Assembly (NCBI GenBank): GCA_963811585.1
Contig: CAWERR010000009.1
Location: 150,282-214,281, forward strand
Source: an uncultured Actinomycetota bacterium
GTDB taxonomy: Bacteria; Actinomycetota; Actinomycetes; Propionibacteriales; Nocardioidaceae
DNA length: 64,000 nt
Direction of reading: 5' to 3'
Below, piece after piece: positions 36,379-46,061 of this stretch; position 1 is the stretch's first letter, and the number at the start of each line of letters is the position of its first letter. The translations under genes and the position numbers were made by a program. The notes beneath the pieces were generated by a model that searched no databases, was not told where the DNA came from, and saw only the letters and a list, made by a program, of their open reading frames with translations.

Positions 36379-37230
36379 ATGTGGCGTATGACGGCCGCGC
36401 CACACCCCACGACCCTGATCACGGTCGCCCCCACCGGGGCGGAAACGGCCAAAGCGGACGTACCGGCCCTGCCCACCACGCTCGACGAACTCCTCGCGAC
36501 AGCCACCGCATGCGAGGCTGCGGGCGCCGCGATGATCCACCTTCACATCCGCGACGCCGATCACCGCCCCACGCTCGACCTCGGCCTCCTGAGCGCCGCC
36601 GTCGCGGGAATCCGCGAGACCACCGACCTCGTCGTCCAGCTGTCGACCGGAGGATCGGTGCACGACCCCCTCGACCAGCGACTGAAGGTGCTCGACGCCG
36701 ACCCCGACTCCTGCTCCCTGACGATGGGCACGACCAACTTCGGCGACGACGTCTTCATGAACCCCTACCCGTTCGTGCAGGAGCTCTACGCGCTGTCTCA
36801 GGAGCGCGAGGTGGTCCCTGAGTTCGAGCTGTTCGACCTGGGCCACGTGGCCGCACTGCACCGGCTGCTCAAGACCCACGGGCTCCCTTACGGCGGGCGC
36901 GTCCACTGCGATCTGGTGATGGGCGTGCCTGGCGGTATGCCTGGCACCGCAGACGCGTTGGTCGCGGCAGTTCAGGCTCTTCCCGCCGAGACGACCTCCT
37001 GGTCGGCGACCGGGATCGGCCGGACTACCCTGGCAGTGGCGTTGGCATCGCTGTCCAAGGGCGGCCACCTGCGGGTCGGGATGGAAGACACCCTGACACT
37101 GGCGCGTGGAGTTCCCGTGACACACAACCGCGAGCTCGTGGAGCGAGCGGCTGCGTTGTGCGAGCTTGTGCAACGCCCCGCGATGAAGACGAAGGAAGCC
37201 CGCGAGTTCCTCCAGGTCAAGCCCCGCTGA
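36379..37230 (+). CDS. 3-keto-5-aminohexanoate cleavage enzyme family (BKACE/DUF849)
   Basis: ITVAPTGAETAKADVPALPTTLDEL...AGAAMIHLHIRD is the BKACE signature N-terminus. Confidence 0.75.
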   Translation: MWRMTAAPHPTTLITVAPTGAETAKADVPALPTTLDELLATATACEAAGAAMIHLHIRDADHRPTLDLGLLSAAVAGIRETTDLVVQLSTGGSVHDPLDQRLKVLDADPDSCSLTMGTTNFGDDVFMNPYPFVQELYALSQEREVVPEFELFDLGHVAALHRLLKTHGLPYGGRVHCDLVMGVPGGMPGTADALVAAVQALPAETTSWSATGIGRTTLAVALASLSKGGHLRVGMEDTLTLARGVPVTHNRELVERAAALCELVQRPAMKTKEAREFLQVKPR

Positions 37231-37250
37231 CGTCGTTAGACTCTGCCGTC

Positions 37251-37349
37251 GTGGACGCCTTCTATGTCAGCCTGCTTGTGATCGTGGCCCTCGGCATCGC
37301 GTGGCTCGCCGGCTACTCCGTCTTCGCGCTGTTCCGCGGCCAGAGCTGA
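37251..37349 (+). CDS. tiny membrane protein (32 aa)
   Basis: In-frame GTG at 37251. (M)DAFYVSLLVIVALGIAWLAGYSVFALFRGQS forms a single TM helix. It sits just upstream of the nitrobindin-like gene. Confidence 0.35.
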   Translation: MDAFYVSLLVIVALGIAWLAGYSVFALFRGQS

Positions 37350-37360
37350 CGCAGCGACCG

Positions 37361-37858
37361 ATGCCGATCAAGATCCCCTCTGACCTCCACCCGCAGGTGA
37401 TGCCGGTCGCCTTCCTGCTGGGCCAGTGGCACGGCAACGGCCGCGGCGACTACCCGACGATCGAAGCGTTCGAGTTCGGGCAAGAGGTTGCGTTCACCCA
37501 TGACGGTCGGCCGTTCCTCCACTACTTCAGCCGCACCTGGCTCCTCGACGACGAGGGCAACGAGGTGCGTCCGCTCGCCCTGGAGACCGGCTTCCTGCGG
37601 CCCCAACCCGGCGGTGAGATCGAGCTGGTCCTTGCGCATCCGACCGGCTTCGTCGAGATCTACTACGGCAAGGTCGGGGGCGCAAAGCTCGAGCTCGCCA
37701 CCGATGCCGTCGTGCGCACCCAGACTGCCAAGGAGTACGTCGGCGGGCAGCGGCTCTATGGCCTCGTCGAAGGCGACCTGCTGTGGACGTTCGACATGGC
37801 CGCCGTGGGACAGCCGATCCAGTCGCACATCTGGGCCCGTCTCACGCGCTCGGAGTAG
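37361..37858 (+). CDS. FABP-like / nitrobindin (DUF1794) family protein
   Basis: ATG at 37361. LHPQVMPVAFLLGQWHGNGRGDYPTIEAFEFGQEV.... Confidence 0.7.
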   Translation: MPIKIPSDLHPQVMPVAFLLGQWHGNGRGDYPTIEAFEFGQEVAFTHDGRPFLHYFSRTWLLDDEGNEVRPLALETGFLRPQPGGEIELVLAHPTGFVEIYYGKVGGAKLELATDAVVRTQTAKEYVGGQRLYGLVEGDLLWTFDMAAVGQPIQSHIWARLTRSE

Positions 37859-37884
37859 CCGCTACAGGCCCGTAGACTGGGCAG

Positions 37885-38292
37885 GTGGATCTCCAGGAGC
37901 GGTTGCGGTCGCGAGGCTATCGCCTCACACCGCAGCGCCAGCTCGTCCTCGAGGCGGTCACCGACTTGGGCCACGCAACACCGGAAGAGGCCTTTGCCTG
38001 GGTGAAGGAGCGTGCGTCCGGGGTCAACATCTCCACGATCTATCGCACCCTCGAGCTGCTCGAGGAGCTAGGGCTCGTCAAGCACGCTCACCTCAGCCAC
38101 GGTGCACCGACCTACCACGCCGCCGCTGCCCCCGAACACGTCCACCTCGTCTGCCGCACCTGCGAGGGCATCACCGAGATCCCGCCCGCCGAGATCTCGT
38201 CCCTTGTCGAGATGCTGGCTTCGGATCACGGGTTCGTCGCTGATGTCGGACACCTCACGGTGTTCGGCCAGTGCCGGGAGTGTGCGCCATGA
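37885..38292 (+). CDS. Fur-family metalloregulator
   Basis: RLTPQRQLVLEAV...STIYRTLELLEELGLV...HLVCRTC...GQCRECAP, with CxxC pairs. Confidence 0.8.
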   Translation: MDLQERLRSRGYRLTPQRQLVLEAVTDLGHATPEEAFAWVKERASGVNISTIYRTLELLEELGLVKHAHLSHGAPTYHAAAAPEHVHLVCRTCEGITEIPPAEISSLVEMLASDHGFVADVGHLTVFGQCRECAP

Positions 38293-39218
38293 GGTGGTCC
38301 AGCCCGTTGCTGCAGTCGCCCGGAGCCGTTGAGGCCGACGCTGTCGACGCCGGAGTCGCCGCCCACTACGGCGACCCGCTTCGGGAGCAGAAGATCCTGC
38401 TAGGCGGTGACGGGTGCGTCGACCTCTCGCATCGAGACGTTATCCGTGTCGACGGTGCCGACCGGCTGGGATGGCTGCACTCGCTGACCACCCAGCAGAT
38501 CGAAGCACTCCCGACGGGCACCTGGGTCACGACGCTGGTGCTGTCGCCACACGGTCATGTCGAGCACGCGATGACCGGGTACGACGACGGCACGTCGTTC
38601 TGGGCGCACGTCGGTCCCGGCGAAGCTGCCCCACTCGTCGCATGGCTTGACTCGATGCGCTTCATGATGCGCGTCGAGGTCCATGACGTGTCCGAGCAAT
38701 GGGCAGTCCTGGCGCGGACGCCCGAGACGGTCGAGCTCGTCGCCCGGGCCGACCTCGAGTCGGCGGTCACCGGCACGTTGTGCGGCACCTGGGCGCACGA
38801 CGCGCTGCGCATCTCCCGCGGGGAGCCACGCCTTGGGATCGATACCGACCACCGCACGATCCCCAACGAGGTCGGTTGGATCGGATCGGCGGTGCACCTC
38901 GAGAAGGGTTGCTACCGCGGTCAGGAGACGGTTGCGCGGGTGCACAACCTCGGCAGGCCACCTCGTCGCCTCGTGCTTCTCCACCTCGACGGTTCGGTCG
39001 ATCGGCTACCGGCCACCAAGGACGACGTACTCCTCGACGACCGTGTCGTGGGCTTTGTCGGTTCCGCGGCACGCCACTACGAGCTCGGGCCGATCGCCTT
39101 GGCGGTCGTGAAGCGGAGCGTGCCCATCGACGTACCGCTCACCGCCGACGGTGTGCCCGCGTCGCAAGAGGTCGTCGTCGACCCAGAGGTCGGCCTGCAC
39201 GTTCGTGCGCGGGGCTGA
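38289..39218 (+). CDS. ygfZ: folate-binding YgfZ/CAF17-family protein
   Basis: The ATG overlaps the fur stop (ATGA). VDLSHRDVIRVDGADRLGWLHSL and KGCYRGQETVARVHNLG motifs. Confidence 0.8.
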   Translation: MRWSSPLLQSPGAVEADAVDAGVAAHYGDPLREQKILLGGDGCVDLSHRDVIRVDGADRLGWLHSLTTQQIEALPTGTWVTTLVLSPHGHVEHAMTGYDDGTSFWAHVGPGEAAPLVAWLDSMRFMMRVEVHDVSEQWAVLARTPETVELVARADLESAVTGTLCGTWAHDALRISRGEPRLGIDTDHRTIPNEVGWIGSAVHLEKGCYRGQETVARVHNLGRPPRRLVLLHLDGSVDRLPATKDDVLLDDRVVGFVGSAARHYELGPIALAVVKRSVPIDVPLTADGVPASQEVVVDPEVGLHVRARG

Positions 39219-39220
39219 CG

Positions 39221-39637
39221 ATGGGCGGCATCGAGTCCGCGGTGGGGCCCATGTGGTCATGGGTTATTGCCCTGCTCATCATGATCGCGCTCACGTTCGC
39301 GGTCGTGCAGCTCTCGCCCGCGCTCGGGTTCCTCGCCCAGAAACTGTTCGGCCGAGCGGATCCGGTGCCGGTAGAGAGACCTGACGCCAACTCCATCGAG
39401 CGGCTCGCATCCGATGCGTGCCGACTGCGCCGCGACCTGGTCCTGTTGTCACCGAACGCGCCGTTCGCGAAGAGGGAGGCGATCGAGCTGGCCTACGACG
39501 ACGTCCTCATGACGGCCGCCAGTCAGCTCGGCGTCGACCAGGAGCTCACGACGGCTCGGCGCGGTCGCGAGCGCGAGCTCGAACGTCTCCGCTTGGAAGC
39601 CGAGCTCGAGTCCGCAGGCTTTCGCCTCTCCGCCTGA
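39221..39637 (+). CDS. membrane-anchored hypothetical protein
   Basis: ATG at 39221. Helix WSWVIALLIMIALTFAVVQL is followed by a charged helical tail. Confidence 0.5.
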   Translation: MGGIESAVGPMWSWVIALLIMIALTFAVVQLSPALGFLAQKLFGRADPVPVERPDANSIERLASDACRLRRDLVLLSPNAPFAKREAIELAYDDVLMTAASQLGVDQELTTARRGRERELERLRLEAELESAGFRLSA

Positions 39638-39643
39638 CCCAGG

Positions 39644-40909
39644 TCAGCTGGACGAGTTGATCATGCCGGCGCCGAGGGTGACGCCGGTGGCTTCGTCGAT
39701 CAAGATGAACGATCCCGTGGTCCGGTTCTTCTCGTAGGGGTCGCACAGCAGCGGGATCGTCGTGCGGAGCTGCACGCGCCCGATCTCGTTGAGCCCGAGT
39801 TCCTTGGTGTCCAGGTCGCGGTGCAGTGAGTTGACGTCGAGCCGGTACTGGATGTCCTTGACCAACGCGCGCGCCGTCCGTGTCGTGTGCTTGATCGCGA
39901 CCTTCTGACGGGGCTTCAGCGGCGTCGGCGACATCCAACAGATCATCGCGTCGATGTCCTGGCTGGGGGTCGGGGCGTTCTGCGGCCGGCAGATCATGTC
40001 GCCGCGCGACACGTCGACGTCGTCCTCGAGTCGCACCGTCACCGACATCGGCGGGAACGCCTCGTCGAGCTCCTTGTCGAAGAGGTCGATCTCGGAGATC
40101 TTCGACGTCATGCCCGACGGGAGCACCAGCACGTCATCTCCCGGCTTGAGCACACCCCCGGCAACGCGCCCGGCGTACCCTCGGTAGTCGTGGTACTCGT
40201 CGGACTTCGGGCGTACGACGTACTGCACCGGGAAGCGAGTGTCGACGAGGTCTCGGTCAGATGCGACGTGGATGTTCTCCAAGTGGTGGAGCAGTGACGG
40301 ACCTTCGTACCAGCCCATGTGCGCGGACCTGGTGACGACGTTGTCGCCCTTGAGCGCTGAGATCGGGATGATCGTCAGGTCAGGGATGCTGAGCTTCGTC
40401 GCGAACGACGTGAACTCCTTGTGGATCTCGTCGTACCTCTCCTGGGAGTAGTCGACGAGGTCCATCTTGTTGATGCACAGCACGAGGTGCGGCACCCGAA
40501 GCAGCGACAAGATCACCGCATGGCGGCGCGACTGCTCGGTCAGGCCTTGGCGGGCGTCGACGAGGACGAGGCCGAGGTCGGCTGTCGAGGCGCCGGTGAC
40601 CATGTTGCGGGTGTACTGCACGTGGCCCGGTGTGTCGGCGATGATGAACTTGCGGTTGGGGGTCGCGAAGTAGCGGTAGGCGACATCGATCGTGATGCCC
40701 TGCTCGCGCTCGGAGCGAAGTCCGTCGGTGAGCAACGCCAGGTCGGTGTAGTCGTAGCCGCGCGACTTCGAGGTCGCCTCCACCGCCTCGAGCTGATCCG
40801 CGAAGATCGCCTTGGAGTCGAGCAGCAGCCGCCCGATCAGGGTCGACTTGCCGTCGTCGACGGAGCCCGCCGTGGCAAACCGAAGCAGGTCCATGGAAAG
40901 TCCAGCCAT
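39644..40909 (-). CDS. cysN: sulfate adenylyltransferase subunit 1 (GTPase), without a fused APS kinase
   Basis: LLRFATAGSVDDGKSTLIGRLL, DTPGHVQYTRNM, NKMDLV. At 421 aa there is no CysC extension. Confidence 0.9.
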   Translation of the reverse strand: MAGLSMDLLRFATAGSVDDGKSTLIGRLLLDSKAIFADQLEAVEATSKSRGYDYTDLALLTDGLRSEREQGITIDVAYRYFATPNRKFIIADTPGHVQYTRNMVTGASTADLGLVLVDARQGLTEQSRRHAVILSLLRVPHLVLCINKMDLVDYSQERYDEIHKEFTSFATKLSIPDLTIIPISALKGDNVVTRSAHMGWYEGPSLLHHLENIHVASDRDLVDTRFPVQYVVRPKSDEYHDYRGYAGRVAGGVLKPGDDVLVLPSGMTSKISEIDLFDKELDEAFPPMSVTVRLEDDVDVSRGDMICRPQNAPTPSQDIDAMICWMSPTPLKPRQKVAIKHTTRTARALVKDIQYRLDVNSLHRDLDTKELGLNEIGRVQLRTTIPLLCDPYEKNRTTGSFILIDEATGVTLGAGMINSSS

Positions 40910-41820
40910 CAGAAGTAGCCCTCTCGCTTGCGGTCTTCCATGGCGGCCTCGCTGAAGCGATCGTCACCGCGAGTGGCGCCGCGCTCGGTCAGGGTTGCGA
41001 CGGCGATCTCGGAGATGATCGCCGGGATGGTGTCGGCGTCGGACTCGACACAACCGGTCAGCGTCAAGTCGCCAACGGTGCGGAAGCGGACCGTGCGTTC
41101 TTCGACCTTCTCGCCAGGCCGCAGCGGATTGTGCTCGCTCTCGGTGAGGAGCATCTTGTCGCGCTCGAAGACCCGCCGCCGGTGGGAGAAGTAGATGCTG
41201 GGGATGTCGATGCCTTCGCTGCCGATGTAGTGCCAGATGTCGAGCTCGGTCCAGTTCGACAACGGGAAGATCCGCATGTGCTCGCCGGCGTGGATGCGGC
41301 CGTTGTAGAGCGACCACAGCTCCGGGCGCTGCATCTTGGGATCCCACTGACCGAACTCGTCACGGTGGGAGTAGATGCGCTCTTTGGCCCGAGCCTTCTC
41401 CTCATCACGGCGACCACCACCGAAGGCGGCCGTGAAGCCGTTCTCCTCGATCGCGTGGAGCAAGGTGCCGGTCTGCAGCCGGTTACGGCTGGTCTTGCCG
41501 TCGTCGACCACGGTGCCGTTCTTCATGGCCTCCTCGACCGAGGCGATGATCAGGCGGACGCCGAGGCGGTTGACCCAGTTGTCACGGGTCTGGAGCACCT
41601 CGGGGAAGTCGTATCCCGTGTCGACCTGCAGTACCGGGAAGGGAATCTTCGCGGGGTAGAAGGCCTTCTCGGCGAGCCGCATCATCACGATCGAGTCCTT
41701 GCCGCCCGAGAACATGAGCACAGGCTTCTCGAACTCGGCCGCCACCTCGCGGAAGATGTGGATCGACTCCGCTTCCAGCTCTTCGAGCTGGGTGAGGCGG
41801 TAGTCAGCGTGGACGGTCAT
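40909..41820 (-). CDS. cysD: sulfate adenylyltransferase subunit 2
   Basis: ATG at 41820. LEAESIHIFREVAAEF..PVLMFSGGKDS. The stop overlaps the cysN start by 1 nt. Confidence 0.9.
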   Translation of the reverse strand: MTVHADYRLTQLEELEAESIHIFREVAAEFEKPVLMFSGGKDSIVMMRLAEKAFYPAKIPFPVLQVDTGYDFPEVLQTRDNWVNRLGVRLIIASVEEAMKNGTVVDDGKTSRNRLQTGTLLHAIEENGFTAAFGGGRRDEEKARAKERIYSHRDEFGQWDPKMQRPELWSLYNGRIHAGEHMRIFPLSNWTELDIWHYIGSEGIDIPSIYFSHRRRVFERDKMLLTESEHNPLRPGEKVEERTVRFRTVGDLTLTGCVESDADTIPAIISEIAVATLTERGATRGDDRFSEAAMEDRKREGYF

Positions 41821-41962
41821 CAGGTAGACGTCTCCCTTGCATGAGATTCCGGGCAATAGTACTCATGATCGAGCGGCCGCCGAGGCACTTCCCGCTTGCC
41901 TTGTGGCGCACGTGACACTGATCGAGCACCCCTGCGTTGTGCGGTTGTACGACGTACGGCCG

Positions 41963-43012
41963 TCAGCTCCCGGAAGGTGTGGGGGTCTTGGGCTTGTTCG
42001 AGCCGATGGCCTGCTCCATCTCCGCGACGGTCGGCGTACCGAACATCGGCAACCCGTGGTGCTTGCGCAGCCCGCCCCAGACGAGTGGGACAAGCACGAG
42101 CGTCGCCACCCCGACGAGACCGATGAGCTCCGGGTAGGTCTCGTCCTCTCCGGCACCGAGCGGCGCCCAGCCCGCCTTGTCGAGCAAGGCGACGGCAGAC
42201 ATCGTCAACACGACGACAATCCCGCGGCGGATGACTGACGACGGCACGCGAGGGGCGATCTTGGCACCAATAATCGTTCCCGGCACCGAGCCGATGATGA
42301 GCGGGATCGCGATCCCCCAGTCCAGACCGTGGGCGATGATGTTGGAGATGGCTGCCGACAAGACGAGCGGGACGGCCTGGACGAGGTCAGTCCCGACGAG
42401 CTTCACGGCCGACAGCATCGGGTAGAGCATCAGCAACGCGATCATGATCACTGAGCCGGATCCGACCGACGTGACGCCCACGAGCAGGCCACCCAACGCG
42501 CCGACAAGCACGGTGATCACGGGCCTGATAACCGGGTCGCCTTCAGCCTCTTGCGTGCCACTCGTTACCCGCCGGAGCTGGATGTACAGCCGTAACGCGT
42601 ACGTCGTCGCCGCGAACAGCAGGGCGAAGCCGATGCAGATTTTCAAGAAGTCGTCGAGGTCGGCCTCCGGAGCGATCCAGCCGACCAGATGCGGACCCAC
42701 GAACGCCATCGGCACCGAGCCGATGATCAGCCAGCCTGCCAGTTGGAGGTTCGGCGATCCCTCCCGCCAGTGCACGACGGCCCCACCGGACTTGTAGACG
42801 GCGGCTGCCGTCAGATCGGCGGTGACCACGGTCGAGGCGTCGCCGACGCCGAGGAAGATCAGTGCGGGAGTCATCAGGGCACCTCCGCCCATCCCGGTGA
42901 TGCCGACCACGACGCCTACGATGAACCCCGCGATTGCCGTCTTTATCTCGAGGCCGTAGTCGGTGAACACGCCGTCGGCGAGCACCTGTGTGGCTACCTC
43001 GTGGAACTGCAT
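41963..43012 (-). CDS. TauE/SafE-family sulfite/anion exporter-like membrane protein
   Basis: 349 aa, polytopic. GFIVGVVVGITGMGGGALMTPALIFLG is typical of TauE. Confidence 0.75.
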   Translation of the reverse strand: MQFHEVATQVLADGVFTDYGLEIKTAIAGFIVGVVVGITGMGGGALMTPALIFLGVGDASTVVTADLTAAAVYKSGGAVVHWREGSPNLQLAGWLIIGSVPMAFVGPHLVGWIAPEADLDDFLKICIGFALLFAATTYALRLYIQLRRVTSGTQEAEGDPVIRPVITVLVGALGGLLVGVTSVGSGSVIMIALLMLYPMLSAVKLVGTDLVQAVPLVLSAAISNIIAHGLDWGIAIPLIIGSVPGTIIGAKIAPRVPSSVIRRGIVVVLTMSAVALLDKAGWAPLGAGEDETYPELIGLVGVATLVLVPLVWGGLRKHHGLPMFGTPTVAEMEQAIGSNKPKTPTPSGS

Positions 43013-43029
43013 ACGCCCTCCGTCGGCGT

Positions 43030-44349
43030 TTATCTTGCGGCTGGGAGCCAGCCCCCGATAGCGAGCGCGTCGAGTACCTCGGCGAGACAGTCTGCAATAG
43101 GTCGATCAGTCGTGTCGATTTTGACCGCGTCAGTCGGCGGCTCGTAGGGGGACGAGATGCCGGTGAAGTCGGGGATCTCACCCGCCCGCGCCCGGGCGTA
43201 GAGACCCTTGCGGTCTCGGCGCTCGCACTCGGCGAGTGGGGTCGCGACATGCACCAGCACGAAGCCTCCGCCCGCCTGTTCGACCATACGACGTACGGCG
43301 GCCCGGGTGGACTCGAACGGAGCAATGGGCGAGCAGATCGCGATCCCACCGTGGCGGGAGATCTCGGCCGCCACGAAGCCGATCCGAGTCACGTTGGTTT
43401 CCCGGTCTTTCGCGCTGAAGCCAAGCCCCTTGGACAGGTGGCGCCGCACCACGTCGCCATCCAGCGACGTCACCGTGCGGTCTCCCTGCTCGAGCAGGTG
43501 GCCGACGAGAGCGCGGGCAAGCGTCGACTTGCCGGACCCTGACAGACCAGTGAAGAAGACCACCAAGCCTCGCCGATCTCGCGGTGGGCGGTCGCGTTCG
43601 ACGATCGCTGCGATCGCCGCCGGAAGCGTGCCCTCGGCCTTGCGCTCGAGGGTCAGCGTCTCGGAGGCGTAGGCGCCGCACACGGCGGAGATCAGTCGCG
43701 CGTTTGGAGACGCTGCATCCGCACCTGACGTGTCTTCTGGTGAGTCCCATCCGTGGTCGGCTACCGGCACCGCGACCACGCGGGCCTCGCCGAGCACGGA
43801 CGCCGCCTGGAGGGTGGCGCGGACGAGAGCGGGAGCCGAGATGCCATCCGGCATACCGTCGCCGATGCAGGCGATCAGGAGTGGTCTGCGGCTGAGCTCG
43901 TCGGCACGGTTACGGATCGTCGCGAGGTCTGCGCTGGTGAGAGGACGGTGCACGGCGATGGCCAGCAGCTGGTCGGGTGCCTGGGTCTTGTGGACCCGTG
44001 CAGGGGGCAGGTGGAGGCGTTGGAACGGGCCGAACTCGTCGTGCTCCAGCCGCTCCACGGGTCCGGCCAGGCCGACCCGTCCATCGTCGGTGTCCCACGG
44101 CTCCTCGATGGTGAGGCGCCCGAGCGGAGCGCCCTCCGCGTCGATCAGGTCGAGCAAGCCGATGCCGCGGGCCACTTCGGCCGTCTCCGCGGGGACCACC
44201 AAGGTGAGCATCGAGGTGGCTTCGGCCGTGGTGGGCTTGACGAAGCCTCCGGGGCTGTCACGCAGGCAGTCGTTGACGATCAGCTCGAGGTCGTCCATCT
44301 CACGCTGCGTCGGGGTCCACTGCGGGATCGGCACGGGTCGGTCGGGCAC
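43030..44349 (-). CDS. cysC: adenylyl-sulfate (APS) kinase with an N-terminal degenerate ATP-sulfurylase-like domain
   Basis: The C-terminal half has VVFFTGLSGSGKSTLARAL...LDGDVVRRHLSKGLGFSAKDRETN...PYEPP. The N-terminal 230 aa align to the PUA-like and sulfurylase domains, but QTRNP.HRAH is replaced by AVHRPLTSAD. Confidence 0.8.
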   Translation of the reverse strand: MPDRPVPIPQWTPTQREMDDLELIVNDCLRDSPGGFVKPTTAEATSMLTLVVPAETAEVARGIGLLDLIDAEGAPLGRLTIEEPWDTDDGRVGLAGPVERLEHDEFGPFQRLHLPPARVHKTQAPDQLLAIAVHRPLTSADLATIRNRADELSRRPLLIACIGDGMPDGISAPALVRATLQAASVLGEARVVAVPVADHGWDSPEDTSGADAASPNARLISAVCGAYASETLTLERKAEGTLPAAIAAIVERDRPPRDRRGLVVFFTGLSGSGKSTLARALVGHLLEQGDRTVTSLDGDVVRRHLSKGLGFSAKDRETNVTRIGFVAAEISRHGGIAICSPIAPFESTRAAVRRMVEQAGGGFVLVHVATPLAECERRDRKGLYARARAGEIPDFTGISSPYEPPTDAVKIDTTDRPIADCLAEVLDALAIGGWLPAAR

Positions 44350-44440
44350 GGGGGCGATTGTGCCACCTTCGGCTCACCGCGCTGACCGGCTGTCCGGCTG
44401 GCCGTGGGGCTGGAGCCGAGCGACGGTACGCTCACCCGTC

Positions 44441-45403
44441 GTGGCTGATGTCGAGATCCTTGTCGAGGTTGTCCGGTCGGGCTTTGTGGAGAGTCGACAC
44501 GGCGGCTCTGTGGTCGCGGTTGCGGCCGACGGGTCCGTCGACTGGTACGTCGGAGACGTCTCGACCCAGATCTACCCGCGGTCGTGCAACAAGCCCCTTC
44601 AAGCAGCGGGAATGGTGAGGCTCGGACTCGACCTCGACGGGGAACTGCTGGCGCTGGTGGCGGCCAGCCACTCGGGCGAGCCGTTCCATCTCGAGGGGGT
44701 CCGCCGCATCCTCGGCGGCGCGGGACTCGACGAGGGCGCGTTGCAGACGCCCCCGGACTTCCCGATGGACGACGCGGCAAGGCTCGACTTCATCCGGAGC
44801 GGGCGCGCACCCGAGCCGATCTCGATGAACTGTTCCGGCAAGCACGCCGCGCTGCTCGCCACCTGTGTCGCCAATGGGTGGCCGACCGACACCTATCGCG
44901 ATCCCGAGCACCCACTTCAGGTTGCGGTGGGCGGGGTTTTCGCGGAACTCACGGGCGAGGCGGTGTCGTCGATCGGAGTGGACGGGTGCGGAGCGCCGTT
45001 GTTCGCGGCGTCCCTGACCGGGCTCGCGCGGGGCTTCAGCGCTTTGATGCAGGCGGGGCCCGGAAGCGCCGAACGGCGCGTCGTCGAGGCGATCGTGGCC
45101 GCACCTGAGTACACATCTGGGTCGAATCGCGACGAGTCCGCGCTCCTACGGGCTATCCCCGGTGCGATCGGCAAGGCCGGCGCTGAGGCGTGCTACGCCG
45201 TCGCCTTGCCCGATGGCCGCGCGATCGCGCTCAAGATCGACGACGGTGGAGCGCGCGCCCGGCAGGTTGTGATGGCTGCGGCGCTCCGCCGGGTGGGGCT
45301 CGACGGCATACCTGGGGTGGATCTCGCCGCTGTGGAAGCTACCGGTGCCGTGCCCGTCTTCGGCGGTGGCGAGCAGGTCGGTGAGCTTCGCCCGACGTTC
45401 TGA
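44441..45403 (+). CDS. asparaginase (Rhizobium-type / L-asparaginase II family)
   Basis: GTG at 44441. VVRSGFVESRHGGSVV...YPRSCNKPLQA...HSGEPFH...NCSGKHAALLA...GVDGCGAP. Confidence 0.75.
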   Translation: MADVEILVEVVRSGFVESRHGGSVVAVAADGSVDWYVGDVSTQIYPRSCNKPLQAAGMVRLGLDLDGELLALVAASHSGEPFHLEGVRRILGGAGLDEGALQTPPDFPMDDAARLDFIRSGRAPEPISMNCSGKHAALLATCVANGWPTDTYRDPEHPLQVAVGGVFAELTGEAVSSIGVDGCGAPLFAASLTGLARGFSALMQAGPGSAERRVVEAIVAAPEYTSGSNRDESALLRAIPGAIGKAGAEACYAVALPDGRAIALKIDDGGARARQVVMAAALRRVGLDGIPGVDLAAVEATGAVPVFGGGEQVGELRPTF

Positions 45404-45430
45404 GCGGCGGCCGGCGAGCGGGCACCCGCT

Positions 45431-45476
45431 GATTGAGCCTGTCGAGATCGAGGGTCTCGACAAGCACGACCGCCGG
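45431..45476. repeat. inverted pair of the GGGTCTCGACAAGCTCGACC repeat family (degenerate) forming a hairpin
   Basis: gattgagcctgtcgagatc-ga-gggtctcgacaagcacgaccgccgg, between the asparaginase and XRE genes. Confidence 0.65.
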
Positions 45477-45552
45477 AGGGTCGGCGGGAGGGTGAGAAGG
45501 GTCACGCGTGCTCCAGCTTGCAAATGCTAACTATTGCAAGCACACTCGGGGT

Positions 45553-46002
45553 ATGGCCAAACTCAGGGTAACCAAGCCCCTCGCAGACGGTGCGTCCGAA
45601 GCCGCTGCCAAGGTCGGCGCCACCGCGAAGGCGGGCTCGGCCAAGGTCGGGCAGCGCGCGCAGACCTTGGGGGACTTCCTGCGCGACCAGCGTCGCGGAG
45701 CCCAGCTGTCTTTGCGGCAGCTGGCTGACCAGGCGGGAGTTTCCAACCCGTATCTGAGCCAGATCGAGCGCGGCCTCCGCAAGCCGTCGGCGGAAGTTCT
45801 GCAACAGCTGGCGAAGGCGCTGCGAGTTTCCGCGGAGACCATGTACGTCCGCGCCGGGATCCTCGACCCGGTCAGTGAGCACGAGCGTTCCGTACAGATG
45901 GCAGTGCTCGACGACCCCGGTCTCACCGAGCGGCAAAAGCAAGTGCTGCTCGACATCTATGACGCGTTTCGGTTGGAGTCCGACTCCGCCGTCGCCCGTT
46001 GA
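45553..46002 (+). CDS. XRE-family HTH transcriptional regulator (Rv0474-like position)
   Basis: ATG at 45553. LSLRQLADQAGVSNPYLSQIERGLRKPSAEVLQQLAKAL. Confidence 0.8.
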   Translation: MAKLRVTKPLADGASEAAAKVGATAKAGSAKVGQRAQTLGDFLRDQRRGAQLSLRQLADQAGVSNPYLSQIERGLRKPSAEVLQQLAKALRVSAETMYVRAGILDPVSEHERSVQMAVLDDPGLTERQKQVLLDIYDAFRLESDSAVAR

Positions 46003-46061
46003 CTTCCACAATCCGGTGACCTCATCAACCTGAGGTACATCACCACAGAAAGGCAGGAAAC

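Noticed and set aside
43730-44440. 237-codon N-terminal extension of the asparaginase ORF (43730..45403)
   Set aside because: The extension is antisense to the cysC-fusion gene and Ser/Arg/Ala-rich. The asparaginase family similarity begins at VVADVEILVEVVRSGF, at the in-frame GTG at 44441.
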